From: a virus
Reading direction: 5' to 3' (one strand)
IMG/VR virus record: IMGVR_UViG_3300045003_000166
Location: 8,564 to 72,563 of that record
DNA length: 64,000 bases
The position numbers and the translations under genes are program-made. Of the stretch, positions 1-9,707 are shown piece by piece (within the stretch, counting starts at the first letter, position 1; every line of letters begins with the position of its first letter). The notes under the pieces were generated by a model. It was not told where the DNA came from. It did not search any database and was given only the letters and a program-made list of their open reading frames with translations.

Positions 1-174
1 GGTCTCACCTTCTCTGGGCTCGTCCTGCCGGTGGCGGCCGTGCTCGACACCACCGGCGGCACCTCCACCCAGGGCTGCTATCTCAGCGCCGCGTCCAGCA
101 CCGGTTTCACCGTCTCCTGGCACACCACGACGGTCAGTCAGGTGAACTACTGGGCGCCTCGGTATGCGAACTAG
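1..174 (+). CDS. 3' end of minor tail protein (partial)
   Basis: Frame +1 open from base 1 to TAG at 172-174 (…STGFTVSWHTTTVSQVNYWAPRYAN), typical tail-protein C-terminus, directly upstream of tail-fibre genes. Confidence 0.6.
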   Translation, partial: GLTFSGLVLPVAAVLDTTGGTSTQGCYLSAASSTGFTVSWHTTTVSQVNYWAPRYAN

Positions 175-187
175 GAGGGAGGGCGGC

Positions 188-652
188 ATGGCAGACAAGA
201 CCAGGGTCCTGATCCAGGACGTGACGTACGACCCGGGCAAGCGCTGGTGGCGCATCGCCCAGCAGGTCACTGCGCCCGACGGGACGACCCACCGGATCCT
301 GCACGCCATCGCGGACCACGCCACCGTCAACCACGCCGCGGAGTACGGCCTCGACCCGCACGACAGCGCCACCGTCGTCGACTGGCTGCTGCACGAGCGC
401 TTCGCCCCTCCCCCAGCCGACCCGACCGTTCTCTGCCCTTACCGCAACCCGCCGCAGCAGGCATGGGCGGCGCATCAGGAGCGGCTGGCCGAGGTGAAGA
501 CCCGGGTGGAGATCGCCGACCCGGACGGCCACCTGGGCAAGATCCACGCCGCCCACCGTCCCACCAAGGGTGACATCGCCACCGCCCGGCACCGTGTCAC
601 CTGCGACCGTGCACACGTCGCCCACCTGATGGAACGAGGAGCAACCCGATGA
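188..652 (+). CDS. hypothetical phage tail-region protein
   Basis: ATG after GGAGGG RBS; ATGA overlap with next gene. Confidence 0.7.
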   Translation: MADKTRVLIQDVTYDPGKRWWRIAQQVTAPDGTTHRILHAIADHATVNHAAEYGLDPHDSATVVDWLLHERFAPPPADPTVLCPYRNPPQQAWAAHQERLAEVKTRVEIADPDGHLGKIHAAHRPTKGDIATARHRVTCDRAHVAHLMERGATR

Positions 653-1770
653 GCGACACACTCACAGCCAACATCGGCCTGCTCGTCGCCGACCCGAACG
701 ACGTCGTCACCTACACGACGCACATCGGCAACAACCTGACGAAAGTGGACACCTTCCTCGGGGCCGTCGACTGCCTGTCCACCACCCGGCCCACCACCAC
801 GTACAAGGGCCAGATCATCTTCGAGGAGGACTCCCAGCGCTACGCACAGAACACCGGAACGTCCGCCAGTCCCAACTGGCTGTACATGTCCCATCAGGCC
901 TTGTCCGCCACCAGCTCCTCCCGGCCCACGTCGGGCCTGACGGCCGGGGAGCTGATCTACGAGTCCGACAACACCCTGGTCCGACCGCGTGGATCCGGCC
1001 TCTGGCTGCCCAACGTCGCGTCCTGTACGTCGGGAGCGCGGCCCGCCAACCCGGTGGCGGGCGACCTGCTCACCGAGTCCAACACCCACCGCCTCATCCA
1101 GTGGACCGGTTCGGCGTGGCTGCAGACCGCGTTCAGCAACTTCGTCGCCACCAGCTCCACCCACCCCGGCGCGCCATTCCAGGGCCTGGAGATCTTCGAA
1201 TCGGACACCGGCCTGTCCGCGATCTACAACGGGTCCAACTACCTATACGGGATGCAGCAGCTCGCGCCCACCCAGAAGCTGGGATCGGCGGCGAACACGG
1301 TGACGTTCACCAGCATCCCGGCTGTCAACAACCTGCTGATCACCTGGCGCACACGCACCACCAGCGGCAACAGCAACGACAACATGTTTCTGCAGTTCAA
1401 CAGCGACACCGGGCTGCACTACGGCGCCGAGCTGCTGGACGCGACCGGGACGACAGCCGCCGCGTCCAGCAACGCGATCAACTCCGCCAGCGGCGTGCTC
1501 ATCGGCGTGATCACGGGGGGAGCCGGAAGCGCGGGATACGGTTCGTGCGGTTTCGCGTTCATTCCCGGTTTCTCGCAGGCCGCCTCCGGCACCCAACTGG
1601 ACTGCGTCAGCACCTGGTTCGCGGCCTGGGGAACGGGCGCCAGCAACATGTTCGCCGGAATCTCCGGAGGTGCCTACAACCCGTCTGCCGCGGTCACCAG
1701 CCTCACCCTCAACCCGGCCAACGGCCAGCTCGTGGCCGGCAGCGTATTCAGCCTCTACGGGAGCAATTAG
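649..1770 (+). CDS. minor tail / tail fibre protein
   Basis: Ser/Thr/Gly-rich; four repeats of the S/T-(R/H)P…G-x-(I/L)-x-E-(S/E)-(D/N)-T type; C-terminal beta domain ending FSLYGSN. Confidence 0.75.
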   Translation: MSDTLTANIGLLVADPNDVVTYTTHIGNNLTKVDTFLGAVDCLSTTRPTTTYKGQIIFEEDSQRYAQNTGTSASPNWLYMSHQALSATSSSRPTSGLTAGELIYESDNTLVRPRGSGLWLPNVASCTSGARPANPVAGDLLTESNTHRLIQWTGSAWLQTAFSNFVATSSTHPGAPFQGLEIFESDTGLSAIYNGSNYLYGMQQLAPTQKLGSAANTVTFTSIPAVNNLLITWRTRTTSGNSNDNMFLQFNSDTGLHYGAELLDATGTTAAASSNAINSASGVLIGVITGGAGSAGYGSCGFAFIPGFSQAASGTQLDCVSTWFAAWGTGASNMFAGISGGAYNPSAAVTSLTLNPANGQLVAGSVFSLYGSN

Positions 1771-2009
1771 TGGATGCCGACATCGAGCGACACGGCGACC
1801 TGGTCCACCACGTGGTGGACTGCCGGACCGGCGCACAGACGATCACTCCGTTCACCGAGGCGGAGACCGCCGCGTTCTGGGATAACGAGCGGCGCGGCGC
1901 CGAACTGGCCGCCCAGAAGGCGCAGGAAGACGAGCAGATCAAGGCGCTTGTCGAAGCGCATTCCGACCCGCTCGTCCAGTTGCTGGCCAGGAAGGCGGGG
2001 CTGGCGTGA
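1770..2009 (+). CDS. small tail-associated hypothetical protein
   Basis: GTG overlapping previous stop; VDCRTG…TPFTEAE motif often seen after actinophage fibre genes. Confidence 0.6.
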   Translation: MDADIERHGDLVHHVVDCRTGAQTITPFTEAETAAFWDNERRGAELAAQKAQEDEQIKALVEAHSDPLVQLLARKAGLA

Positions 2010-2194
2010 ACGAGCCCACCGAGTCGATCCCCGCCCCGGTGCTGATCGCGGAACTGGAGGCCGAGCTCACCCAGTCGATCGCGGACCGCGTGGTGCTCAA
2101 AGCACGTATCACCGTGCGCGACCAGCGGATCGCACAACTCGAACAGGAACTGGCCGCCGCCCGGGGGTCAGCGGACGGCGGCCAGCTGTCCTAA
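2006..2194 (+). CDS. small coiled-coil protein
   Basis: GTGA overlap; heptad pattern. Confidence 0.55.
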   Translation: MNEPTESIPAPVLIAELEAELTQSIADRVVLKARITVRDQRIAQLEQELAAARGSADGGQLS

Positions 2195-2596
2195 TAGGCC
2201 TTCGGCAACTGGTCGCCGTCGGTCGCGGTCAGCGTCCACTGGCACGAGGTGGTCACGGCGATCCGGTGCGCCCCGGCGACATCGTGGTAGTACATCGTGT
2301 GGTTTCCGGCTGGGCCGGTGAGGTCGTCGACGACCAGGCCGCTGTCATGGTCGCCGTACTCGACGGCGCGGAAGCGTCCCGTGGTGGGGCAGGCGAAGGT
2401 GTAGTGCAGCGACCAGTCTGAGCCGGTGGCGAAAGCCGCCGTCGTGGTGTTCCCGCTTCCCGACACCTGCAACACGACGGAGGTGTTCGCGTGCGCCGGA
2501 GACGACCCGGCCTGTGTGAGTCCGAACGTTGCGAGGCCGGCGGACGCGGCGAGCGCGCCGACAACGAGGCGGGCCCTCCCCCTGAACGGTTTCATG
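2191..2596 (-). CDS. putative secreted protein
   Basis: Signal-peptide-like N-terminus (basic, hydrophobic, AHA); small beta-rich domain; start codon uncertain. Confidence 0.55.
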
Positions 2597-2648
2597 CGTC
2601 CAGTGAAGGGCCAAGTATGACGATCTGTCAAGTTGGCGGGAGGAAGAG

Positions 2649-2876
2649 CTAAGCCTCCGCCATGGCCTTCGTCAAGGCCTCGTTCTTTGCCCGCAGCGCG
2701 CCGAGCTCCCCGCGGGCGTTGTTCAGGGCCGTCTCCAGCATCGCGTTCTCGTAGGTGAGCTGGGCGACGAGCATCGCGAACTTGCGCTGCAGCGTCTCCA
2801 CTACCTGGCTCTGGTCGACGGTGACGGGCGGTGCCTCCTCGGCCGCGCCGTTCTGGACGTCGGTTTCGACGGTCAT
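2649..2876 (-). CDS. small coiled-coil protein
   Basis: ATGA-coupled to the upstream glycosyltransferase. Confidence 0.6.
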   Translation of the reverse strand: MTVETDVQNGAAEEAPPVTVDQSQVVETLQRKFAMLVAQLTYENAMLETALNNARGELGALRAKNEALTKAMAEA

Positions 2877-3733
2877 GTCAGCTCCCTGGAAAGCGCGCGG
2901 TACTGCTCGAGGATGTCGGTGGCCAGCACGGCGTCGCGCTGGGGGTAGAAGGTGTAGTGCGACACGAGCGCGTCGCCGACGATGACGTTGTCCTTGCCCA
3001 CCAGCGGCGGCCGGTGCACCGTGATCCAGTGCTCCTCCTCCGGGTAGTCCAGGACTCCCGGCACGGGCAGCGCGCAGAAGTCCTCCCCGTCGATGACGTG
3101 GCAGGACACGGAGAACTGCTGGCGCGGCGCGAGCGGGAAGTTCTGGTAGAAGAAGACCTCCTCCGGCTTCCCCACGCGCAGGTGTTCGAGTAGCAGGCGG
3201 TGGATGCGCACCGCGAACTCACCGTCGCCCCACCCGACCGGGTCCATGCAGAACGCGGACTGCACGATCCCGAACTCCCTCGGGATCTTGCCGAGCTTCT
3301 GCGCGTACCAGGAGACGATCGCGTTGTTCCACATCAGGGCGAAGCAGGCGAGCGTGCCAGGCAGCGCGACCTTGGCCTTCACCAGGTTCTCCACCGCGGC
3401 TTCGTGCACATACACGATGTCGTCGTCGAAGCGGAAGAAGACCGCGTCCGCGTCCGTCATGTACCGGTACGCGTAGCCGGTGTTGCGCTGCTTCGGGTAG
3501 AGGCGCGGCAGCCCGGCCGGCTTCTCGATAATCTTCACCCAGGTGCTGTGCGCCTTCGCCAGTCGGTAGGCGTAGGCGAGGTCGGAGACCTGGTTGTCGT
3601 CCGTGTTGAGGTACAGCCAGTACTCGTCGACCAGGCCGCGCTCGTGGTCACGTCTCAGGTACTCGAACAGAATGTTAACAGTCTGCTCTCGCCCGAAGGG
3701 TGTCCACGCCACTACCTTCTTGCCGCCGATCAC
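2873..3733 (-). CDS. glycosyltransferase (GT-A fold)
   Basis: GTG start at 3733 (VIGGKKVVAWTPFGR); FFRFDDDIVYV DxD motif. Confidence 0.7.
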   Translation of the reverse strand: MIGGKKVVAWTPFGREQTVNILFEYLRRDHERGLVDEYWLYLNTDDNQVSDLAYAYRLAKAHSTWVKIIEKPAGLPRLYPKQRNTGYAYRYMTDADAVFFRFDDDIVYVHEAAVENLVKAKVALPGTLACFALMWNNAIVSWYAQKLGKIPREFGIVQSAFCMDPVGWGDGEFAVRIHRLLLEHLRVGKPEEVFFYQNFPLAPRQQFSVSCHVIDGEDFCALPVPGVLDYPEEEHWITVHRPPLVGKDNVIVGDALVSHYTFYPQRDAVLATDILEQYRALSRELT

Positions 3734-4719
3734 GCCTTCTCCTCCCCGAACAGCGCGCTTTCCCAGAGGGGCGCGAGGTTCTCGATCGTGTAGTCCTGGG
3801 CGCGCAGCCGGGCCGCGTCGCCCATTTGCTCGCGCAGGTCCGCGTCGTTCAGCAGCAATCCGAGGTACTCGCCCCACTCCTGGGCGGTGGAGGCGAGGAA
3901 ACCGGTGACACCGTGCACCACCCAGTCCCGGTACGGGACGATGGGCGAGGCGACGATCGGAATGCCGAGGAACGCGGCCTCCAGCGCCTTCGTCGCGCCC
4001 TTCGCCTCGTTGTAGGGGGTGGAGCGGTAGGGAGCGGCCCATACGTCGAAGTCGACCGTGTCCAGATATGCCTCGTTGGGCTGGACCCAGCCGGTGTGCC
4101 GCCATCCGGGAGCGGTCAGGCCCAGTTTGCGCAGATGCGGGTAAGGGATGCCGACCGTGTGCACGACTCCGCCGTGGTCCGGTACGGCCTTGAGTGCCTC
4201 GAACGCGATCGGCAGCTCGAACACGGTGGAGGAGGTGCCCGCCCAGCCGACCACCGGCTTCGGGTTCTCGGGGCGCGGCCGGTCCAGGTACTTCGCGGGC
4301 AGGCTGTTGGGGATCACCTGGACGTTGTCGCAGTACTGCTCCAGGATCATCGCGAGCACGTCGCTGCAGACGGTGACGGCGTCCGCGGCGTAGGCGTTCG
4401 CCATGAGGCGGGTGCGCACCGTCGGCTCGGAGAAGAACCGGTATGCGACCTCGTTGGTCGAGTCCACGTGCCAGTAGTCGTCATCCGCGTCGAACACCGT
4501 GCGCACGCCCGGCGCGTGCACCATCCTCGCCCACTGGGTGGAGGGCTCCGGCGTGCACACCCGCTGTCCGAGGAACGCGTCGCTGTCCTCGTAGCCCTCG
4601 CCGATCCGTTGGCCGGCCTGGACGTCGTGGCCCCGTTCCCGCAGAGCCTGGGCGACGATCTTGGTCCGGTACCACGAACAGCCGGCGTCGTCCGCCGCCC
4701 AGAGCCACGCCTTACCCAC
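3730..4719 (-). CDS. glycosyltransferase (GT-B, family 4-like)
   Basis: GTG start at 4719; VGWAG, KALEAAFLGIPIVAS, HGVTGFLA motifs. Confidence 0.8.
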   Translation of the reverse strand: MGKAWLWAADDAGCSWYRTKIVAQALRERGHDVQAGQRIGEGYEDSDAFLGQRVCTPEPSTQWARMVHAPGVRTVFDADDDYWHVDSTNEVAYRFFSEPTVRTRLMANAYAADAVTVCSDVLAMILEQYCDNVQVIPNSLPAKYLDRPRPENPKPVVGWAGTSSTVFELPIAFEALKAVPDHGGVVHTVGIPYPHLRKLGLTAPGWRHTGWVQPNEAYLDTVDFDVWAAPYRSTPYNEAKGATKALEAAFLGIPIVASPIVPYRDWVVHGVTGFLASTAQEWGEYLGLLLNDADLREQMGDAARLRAQDYTIENLAPLWESALFGEEKA

Positions 4720-5683
4720 GGGAGGCCAGGTGCCCGGGCAGCCAGTGCGCGGCGAACCATTCCACCGTGTCGTGGACGCCCAGGCCGAGCGGGACGAGAG
4801 CGTCCGGTTCCAGGCCGAGCAGCCGCATCGTCTCGTTGTCCGCGACCACCCGGGCGCCCGGCGTCTCGCCCGGCCGCATCGGCAGGTGCACCAGCGAGGG
4901 CGCGGGGTCGTAGCCGATTTCCCTCGCCTCCTGGATGACGAGGTTCGCCACATACGCGACCGTGGCGTGCTCGCTCGGCCCGATCTCGACCACCTGCTCG
5001 AGCACGTCGCCCTTCGCGGCGTACTCGAGGGCCTGGACCAGGCCGCGCGCCACGTCGGTCACGTAGACGCAGTCGGAGATCTGCTGACCGTCCCCGTACA
5101 CCTCGATCGGCGTGCCGGTCAGGGCACGGGCGATGAACGCGGGCATGATCTTTCGGACCTTGCCCGGCCCGTACGGCGCCGCCATCACCTGCCGCGGCCC
5201 GTACGCGTTGACGACGCGCACCTGGTTGAGAGCGAGGCCGCGGTCCCGCACGAACATGTGGCCAAGGGACTCGACACAGGTCTTGCTTGCCGAATACGGG
5301 TTGCTCATCCCGTGGTTGCCGACGCAGATGTTGACGCACGGCAGTCCGTATTGGACGCAGGCCTCGAACACGTTCAGACCGGAGGCGACGTTGGTCTGCA
5401 CCGCGGGCCGCGGGTTGTGCACCGTCTCCTGGGTGCCGAGCACGGAGGCGAGGTGGATGATCCCGTCCGTGTGTGCGGCCAGCTCGGTGACGGCCACCTC
5501 GTCCCGGGTGTCGCCGAGCATCGTCGGGATGTAGGAGTCGAAATGGCCTGATCCGGGCCGCGATTCGACGGGATGACGCTTGGAGCGGTGGTCGAAGATG
5601 ACGGGCTCGTGGCCGCGCTTGAGCAGTTCGTCGACGACGTGTCCGCCGATGAATCCGGCGCCGCCGGTGACACCGATGCGCAT
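4712..5683 (-). CDS. NAD-dependent NDP-sugar epimerase/dehydratase
   Basis: VTGGAGFIG Rossmann motif; YSASK catalytic YxxxK; NAYGPRQ; VYGDGQQISDCVYVTDVA. Confidence 0.92.
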   Translation of the reverse strand: MRIGVTGGAGFIGGHVVDELLKRGHEPVIFDHRSKRHPVESRPGSGHFDSYIPTMLGDTRDEVAVTELAAHTDGIIHLASVLGTQETVHNPRPAVQTNVASGLNVFEACVQYGLPCVNICVGNHGMSNPYSASKTCVESLGHMFVRDRGLALNQVRVVNAYGPRQVMAAPYGPGKVRKIMPAFIARALTGTPIEVYGDGQQISDCVYVTDVARGLVQALEYAAKGDVLEQVVEIGPSEHATVAYVANLVIQEAREIGYDPAPSLVHLPMRPGETPGARVVADNETMRLLGLEPDALVPLGLGVHDTVEWFAAHWLPGHLASRG

Positions 5684-5797
5684 GAACGCTCCGGAAAGTG
5701 AGGGGACGGAGTATCAAGTGGAGAATACAGCGCAATGGACACGGTTCGGGTCGTTCGGGACAATGGCCAAGAAACCGGGCAGGAAGGGCGTGATCGC

Positions 5798-6595
5798 GTG
5801 AGGGTCATGTACGACGCGGCGTTCCCGCCGCCCGACCCGCACCTTGATGTCTGCGCTGGGTACATTGGCGGCGACACGCCCCATGTGTGGACCGATGCCG
5901 AATGGAACAGCCAGTCGGCCAGGTGGCGGCTGCCGATCTTCACACGGTCGAATCCGACCGATGCGAATCAGGCCGCGAGCGACGCGGCCAGCGCGATCGC
6001 CTGGGCGAGAGCGCACGGACAGCCAGCCGGAACGGCGATCGCCCTCGACTACGAGACGGCGAAAGACGCGGCGTACCTGACGGCATTCGACGCGGACGTG
6101 GTCGCGGCCGGCTGGACTGTGCTGGTGTACGGGTCACTGTCCACGGTCTTCCAGAATCCGCGGCCGAGCGCGGGCTACTGGACCGCGTCCTGGACGGGCG
6201 CGGCGCACCTTGATGTGGGCGCCGCAGCCACTCAGTGGGCCAGCGACACCATGCTCGGCAAACCGTACGACCTGTCCGAGGTCACGGACTCACTCAATCT
6301 CTGGGATACACAGGAGGCCATGGTGTCGCTCACTCCGCAAGAGGACAACGAACTGCTCCAGCTGTACAACGCCATGTTCAACGGCGGTTCCTCCATGGGC
6401 ATCACACCGTCCGGGGCGACGAACAACTCACTGGTCTCTAAGCTCGACTACCTGATCACCACCCTGGGACAGCTCGCTACGCCGACGGTCGACGCGACCG
6501 CCCTGGCCGCAGCACTGGCCGCGAACCCGGCGTTCGTCCAGGCGGTCGTGCACGGCCTGGCCGTCGAGTTGCACAACGCGACGCCGTCCAGCTGA
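5798..6595 (+). CDS. endolysin (GH25/DUF1906-like glycoside hydrolase)
   Basis: GYIGG, ALDYE, VLVYGS, YWTASW, ATQW, YDLS motifs; followed by a membrane protein. Confidence 0.75.
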   Translation: MRVMYDAAFPPPDPHLDVCAGYIGGDTPHVWTDAEWNSQSARWRLPIFTRSNPTDANQAASDAASAIAWARAHGQPAGTAIALDYETAKDAAYLTAFDADVVAAGWTVLVYGSLSTVFQNPRPSAGYWTASWTGAAHLDVGAAATQWASDTMLGKPYDLSEVTDSLNLWDTQEAMVSLTPQEDNELLQLYNAMFNGGSSMGITPSGATNNSLVSKLDYLITTLGQLATPTVDATALAAALAANPAFVQAVVHGLAVELHNATPSS

Positions 6596-6624
6596 CCTCG
6601 CAACGGGTGGCATAGGAGTCCGAC

Positions 6625-6945
6625 GTGACGATGTCGATCCCCGAGGGCAGTGTCGTCATCACGCCCATCGAGGTTTACCGCGAGGTACAGGCGACGCACC
6701 AGGCGGTGCAGCAACTGCTCGGCAAGCTCGACACGTTCGTCGGCACCCAGAGCGACCACGAGACCAGGCTGCGCAAGGTCGACGACCTGCCCCGCCAGGT
6801 TGAAGAACTGAAGACGGACAGTGAGGAGCACGACAAACGGATCGGCCATCTGGAGACGCGGATGGCGATGTACGCGGGCGCGTCGGGTGTCCTGGGCACC
6901 GCGGCCGGGTATCTGGCGAGCTGGGCCATCTTCGGCCACCACTGA
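6625..6945 (+). CDS. holin-like coiled-coil membrane protein
   Basis: Coiled coil plus C-terminal TM helix, directly after lysin. Confidence 0.6.
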   Translation: MTMSIPEGSVVITPIEVYREVQATHQAVQQLLGKLDTFVGTQSDHETRLRKVDDLPRQVEELKTDSEEHDKRIGHLETRMAMYAGASGVLGTAAGYLASWAIFGHH

Positions 6946-6976
6946 GCGGTGTCCGAATCGTCCGGACCTGTCCTGA

Positions 6977-7006
6977 TTGACGGATAGTCACGGGTACATC
7001 TAAGAT
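6977..7006 (+). promoter_or_regulatory. promoter with operator: TTGACG-GATAGTCAC…-TAAGAT
   Basis: -35 TTGACG, 18-nt spacer, -10 TAAGAT, ATG 7 nt later (leaderless). Confidence 0.7.
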
Positions 7007-7012
7007 CGCTGC

Positions 7013-7285
7013 ATGACACAGCGACGTCCCGTGACCCAAGGGCAGTTCGCCGAGGCCATCGGGTGTCACTACACCTTGGTCACCCGGTACCGCAACGGTG
7101 AGCGCCTGCCCACCGTCGAGCACCTCGCCAAGATCATCGAGGTCTACGAGTTGGATCCCATGGAAGTGATCAGGGCGGTGAACCGGGCGAACGAGAAGAA
7201 CGCCCAGGGTGAGAAGACCCACCCGATGGAGTTCGCGCACTACCTGCGCGACCACATCTTCACCCTCCCCGAGGCACCACAGTAG
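7013..7285 (+). CDS. XRE-family HTH transcriptional regulator
   Basis: TQGQFAEAIGCHYTLVTRYRNGERLPTVEHLAKI. Confidence 0.85.
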   Translation: MTQRRPVTQGQFAEAIGCHYTLVTRYRNGERLPTVEHLAKIIEVYELDPMEVIRAVNRANEKNAQGEKTHPMEFAHYLRDHIFTLPEAPQ

Positions 7286-7306
7286 GGTCGAAGTCCTCAT
7301 CAGCGA

Positions 7307-7337
7307 GAAGGGCCCCGGCTACACCCCGGGGCCCTTC
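7307..7337. terminator. hairpin between convergent genes
   Basis: GAAGGGCCCCGG / CCGGGGCCCTTC perfect 12-bp inverted repeat. Confidence 0.75.
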
Positions 7338-7379
7338 CGCTTTCCGCCGTTCCGCATGGGGTCAGAACGGAGGTCTGGA

Positions 7380-8174
7380 TCAGGCAGCTGCGGCGACGAT
7401 CTCGGCCATCGACAGGTCAGCCTTGAAGGTGTGACCCACTAACCGCTCAACCGCCAGGTACTCCTGCGCCATGGCCGGGTTGAGACGCGCGGACAGAACG
7501 AGCTCCGTACGCCCGGCCAGGACACAGAACATGCACGACAAGCGCGGCATCCCGGCGTCGTAAGCCGGGTGGTACGGAAGGCCAGAGCGGCGGATCGTGT
7601 CCCAGACCTGCTCCTCTGACCAGTCGAAGATGGGCAGCCAGCGATCCACGATCCGACGCCCGTTCGTCGCCGCGGCGTCGGGGCCGAAGGGGATCTTCTT
7701 GGCGCGCGCCGGAGACTCGGCCGCCCTGATGCCCAGGCAGTTCAGGATCCTGATCGGGCGGTCCGGGTGTGCGGCGCGGTGGTCGGCGGCCAGTTTCGTC
7801 ATGATCTTGGCGACCTGGCTGGTCTTCTGATCGGAAGTGCAGTACCTGGCCTGGCTGGACGGCCATGCCGGAGTCGTGGTGTCGCCCTTCGCCCGGAGGG
7901 TGTTGTGGCGCGTCACGACCTGGTCGAGCAGGTCTTCGGAACGAGCGACGGTCTCGAACCGCAGGCCGTATACCGCGGCCTGCTTCTCGGCAAGTTCGCG
8001 CGTTCCCTCCCACTCCACCCGGCCGAGGTCGGCGTGGACCACGACGATCCGGTCGCGGGAGACGCCCTCAGCGTCGGCGCGCTCGACTAGGTGGGTGAGC
8101 ATCGCCTGAGAGTCCTTGCCTGCGCTGGAGTTGATGAGGATCACGTCGTAGGAAGCGAGGTTCACGGTGGACAT
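7380..8174 (-). CDS. PAPS reductase family (PP-loop) protein
   Basis: Start MSTVNL; SSAGKDSQ PP-loop, RYCTSDQK, GIRAAESPARA, PYHPAY, RLSCMFC. Confidence 0.88.
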   Translation of the reverse strand: MSTVNLASYDVILINSSAGKDSQAMLTHLVERADAEGVSRDRIVVVHADLGRVEWEGTRELAEKQAAVYGLRFETVARSEDLLDQVVTRHNTLRAKGDTTTPAWPSSQARYCTSDQKTSQVAKIMTKLAADHRAAHPDRPIRILNCLGIRAAESPARAKKIPFGPDAAATNGRRIVDRWLPIFDWSEEQVWDTIRRSGLPYHPAYDAGMPRLSCMFCVLAGRTELVLSARLNPAMAQEYLAVERLVGHTFKADLSMAEIVAAAA

Positions 8175-8182
8175 GTCAGGCC

Positions 8183-8533
8183 TCAGACGGCGTAGTGCGC
8201 GGACCAGACGGACCACAGGATCGGCAGGTCGGCCTGGCGGTAGACGGCGACCTCGACCGCGCGCTCCTTGCCCGAACTCGGAGAGACGATCGCCTGCCAC
8301 ATCGTCTTCGGGGCGCGCCCCCGGGTCTCGGTGTACAGGGCCTTCACCCGCTTGCCGAAGGTGCCCCACACCGACCGCAGCACACCGCCGGACAGGCCGC
8401 GTTCCGTCAGGAACGACTCGACGGTGACCGGCTTCGCGAACACGCCGGCCAGCCGGGCGAAGGGCCGCAGCAGACGGCCGAGCCGGGCCAGGCGCAGCTC
8501 GGCGACGCGGGCGCGGATCTCGGGCTGGGTCAT
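8183..8533 (-). CDS. hypothetical protein
   Basis: ATG after GGAGAGGAG RBS, downstream of two operator/promoter copies. Confidence 0.65.
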   Translation of the reverse strand: MTQPEIRARVAELRLARLGRLLRPFARLAGVFAKPVTVESFLTERGLSGGVLRSVWGTFGKRVKALYTETRGRAPKTMWQAIVSPSSGKERAVEVAVYRQADLPILWSVWSAHYAV

Positions 8534-8612
8534 CGTTCGGGCTCCTCTCCTGTGACTATCTGTCAAAGAGGAGTCTGCCGGTCGTGTGACTATCTGTCAA
8601 TCCGCTGCGCGG

Positions 8613-8846
8613 TCAGCAGGGTACCCAGCCCGCGGGCCCGCGCCAGTAGCCGTGCGTGCCGCACTCCAGGCACTTGATCGAAGGATTGAGCGAGCCGTCC
8701 GGCTCCCACTGCCAGCCCTCCGGGCCGAGAGGGAGCTTCCCGCCGATGCGTTCGAAGTCTTTATCGTCCTTGAGCCAGGGCGACGTGCAGCGGTGGAAGA
8801 ACACCGGATGGCCGTCCACCGGGTCCTTCTCCACGCGCGGGATCAC
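8613..8846 (-). CDS. small Zn-binding protein (DUF6527-like)
   Basis: SLNPSIKCLECGTHGYWRG motif; GTGA overlap. Confidence 0.5.
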   Translation of the reverse strand: MIPRVEKDPVDGHPVFFHRCTSPWLKDDKDFERIGGKLPLGPEGWQWEPDGSLNPSIKCLECGTHGYWRGPAGWVPC

Positions 8847-8973
8847 TGGTTGCCTGCCCCGCCCCACTCCGGCTCACCGGTCTGTGAACAGACGTAGAAG
8901 CCCTTCCACTCACCAGTCCCCGCGGCCCGGGCACGGCCGCAGTGAGGACAAGCAGGAGGCCAGTTGACAGGCA

Positions 8974-9234
8974 TCAGAACTTCACCAGCTGCGTGCTCGA
9001 GTACCCCTGGCCGAAGCCGTCCCCGTCGCCCGTCCACTCGACGATCGGGTGCTGGACGTCGCTCGAGAACGGGTCCATGTGCACACCCGTCACCACGCCC
9101 TCCTGGCCCGAGAGCCGGTGCCTCACCCCGTCACCCACCTGGATGGGCGCCTGCGGCGCGGTCTGGGGCGGCGTGTAGGCCGGGTTGCCGGAGCGGTCCC
9201 CGGGCGGCTGGTCGGTTGCTACCTTCAGCGTCAC
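8974..9234 (-). CDS. small SH3/KOW-like beta-barrel protein
   Basis: VGDGVRH…GQEGVVTG; paralogous to 41379..41669. Confidence 0.6.
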   Translation of the reverse strand: MTLKVATDQPPGDRSGNPAYTPPQTAPQAPIQVGDGVRHRLSGQEGVVTGVHMDPFSSDVQHPIVEWTGDGDGFGQGYSSTQLVKF

Positions 9235-9638
9235 CGCAGCCTCCTGGGCGCGTCCGAGACGGCGTTCTGCGTGCCGGCGTAGAGGCCTTCCGGCGTGACC
9301 CCGGCCGGCCTAATCGAGTTGGGCGCGACGCCCTGGGCGAGGGAGGCGTCCTCTCCCGCGAACGCGACGCGCGGCGTGATCCGAGTGGTGTGCGGGTCGC
9401 GGTGGTGGCCGACCACCGTCCCCTCCCCCAGGGCGCGGTGCACGACCCGGGAGCCGACTGCTGGGGTCGGATCGGCGCCGTGCTGGTCCTGGTTCATCTC
9501 GGCCGCCCCGCGCGGGTGGTAGGCCTGGTTGAGGGCGAGCTCCTGGGGGATCGTCGCGCCCAGGTTCAGGCCGCCGGTGGACGGCGCGCCGTCGCCCTGG
9601 CTCTGGTACGGGCCGCCGCCCTGGAACTGGGCTCTCAT
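9231..9638 (-). CDS. hypothetical protein with SH3/KOW-like domain
   Basis: VGSRVVHRALGEGTVVG; TACACT 7 nt upstream of ATG. Confidence 0.55.
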   Translation of the reverse strand: MRAQFQGGGPYQSQGDGAPSTGGLNLGATIPQELALNQAYHPRGAAEMNQDQHGADPTPAVGSRVVHRALGEGTVVGHHRDPHTTRITPRVAFAGEDASLAQGVAPNSIRPAGVTPEGLYAGTQNAVSDAPRRLR

Positions 9639-9672
9639 GTCAACCAGTGTACGTATGAGTCCTGGAAAGGGA

Positions 9673-9707
9673 ACCGCCCCGGACGCGTTCCGTGCGTCCG
9701 GGGCGGT
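9673..9707. terminator. GC-rich hairpin, likely end of the Ro60/tRNA transcript
   Basis: ACCGCCCCGGACGCG / TGCGTCCGGGGCGGT 15-bp stem. Confidence 0.65.

Noticed and set aside
649-1770. Diversity-generating retroelement target in the tail fibre
   Set aside because: No reverse transcriptase or template/variable repeat pair is visible in the window.
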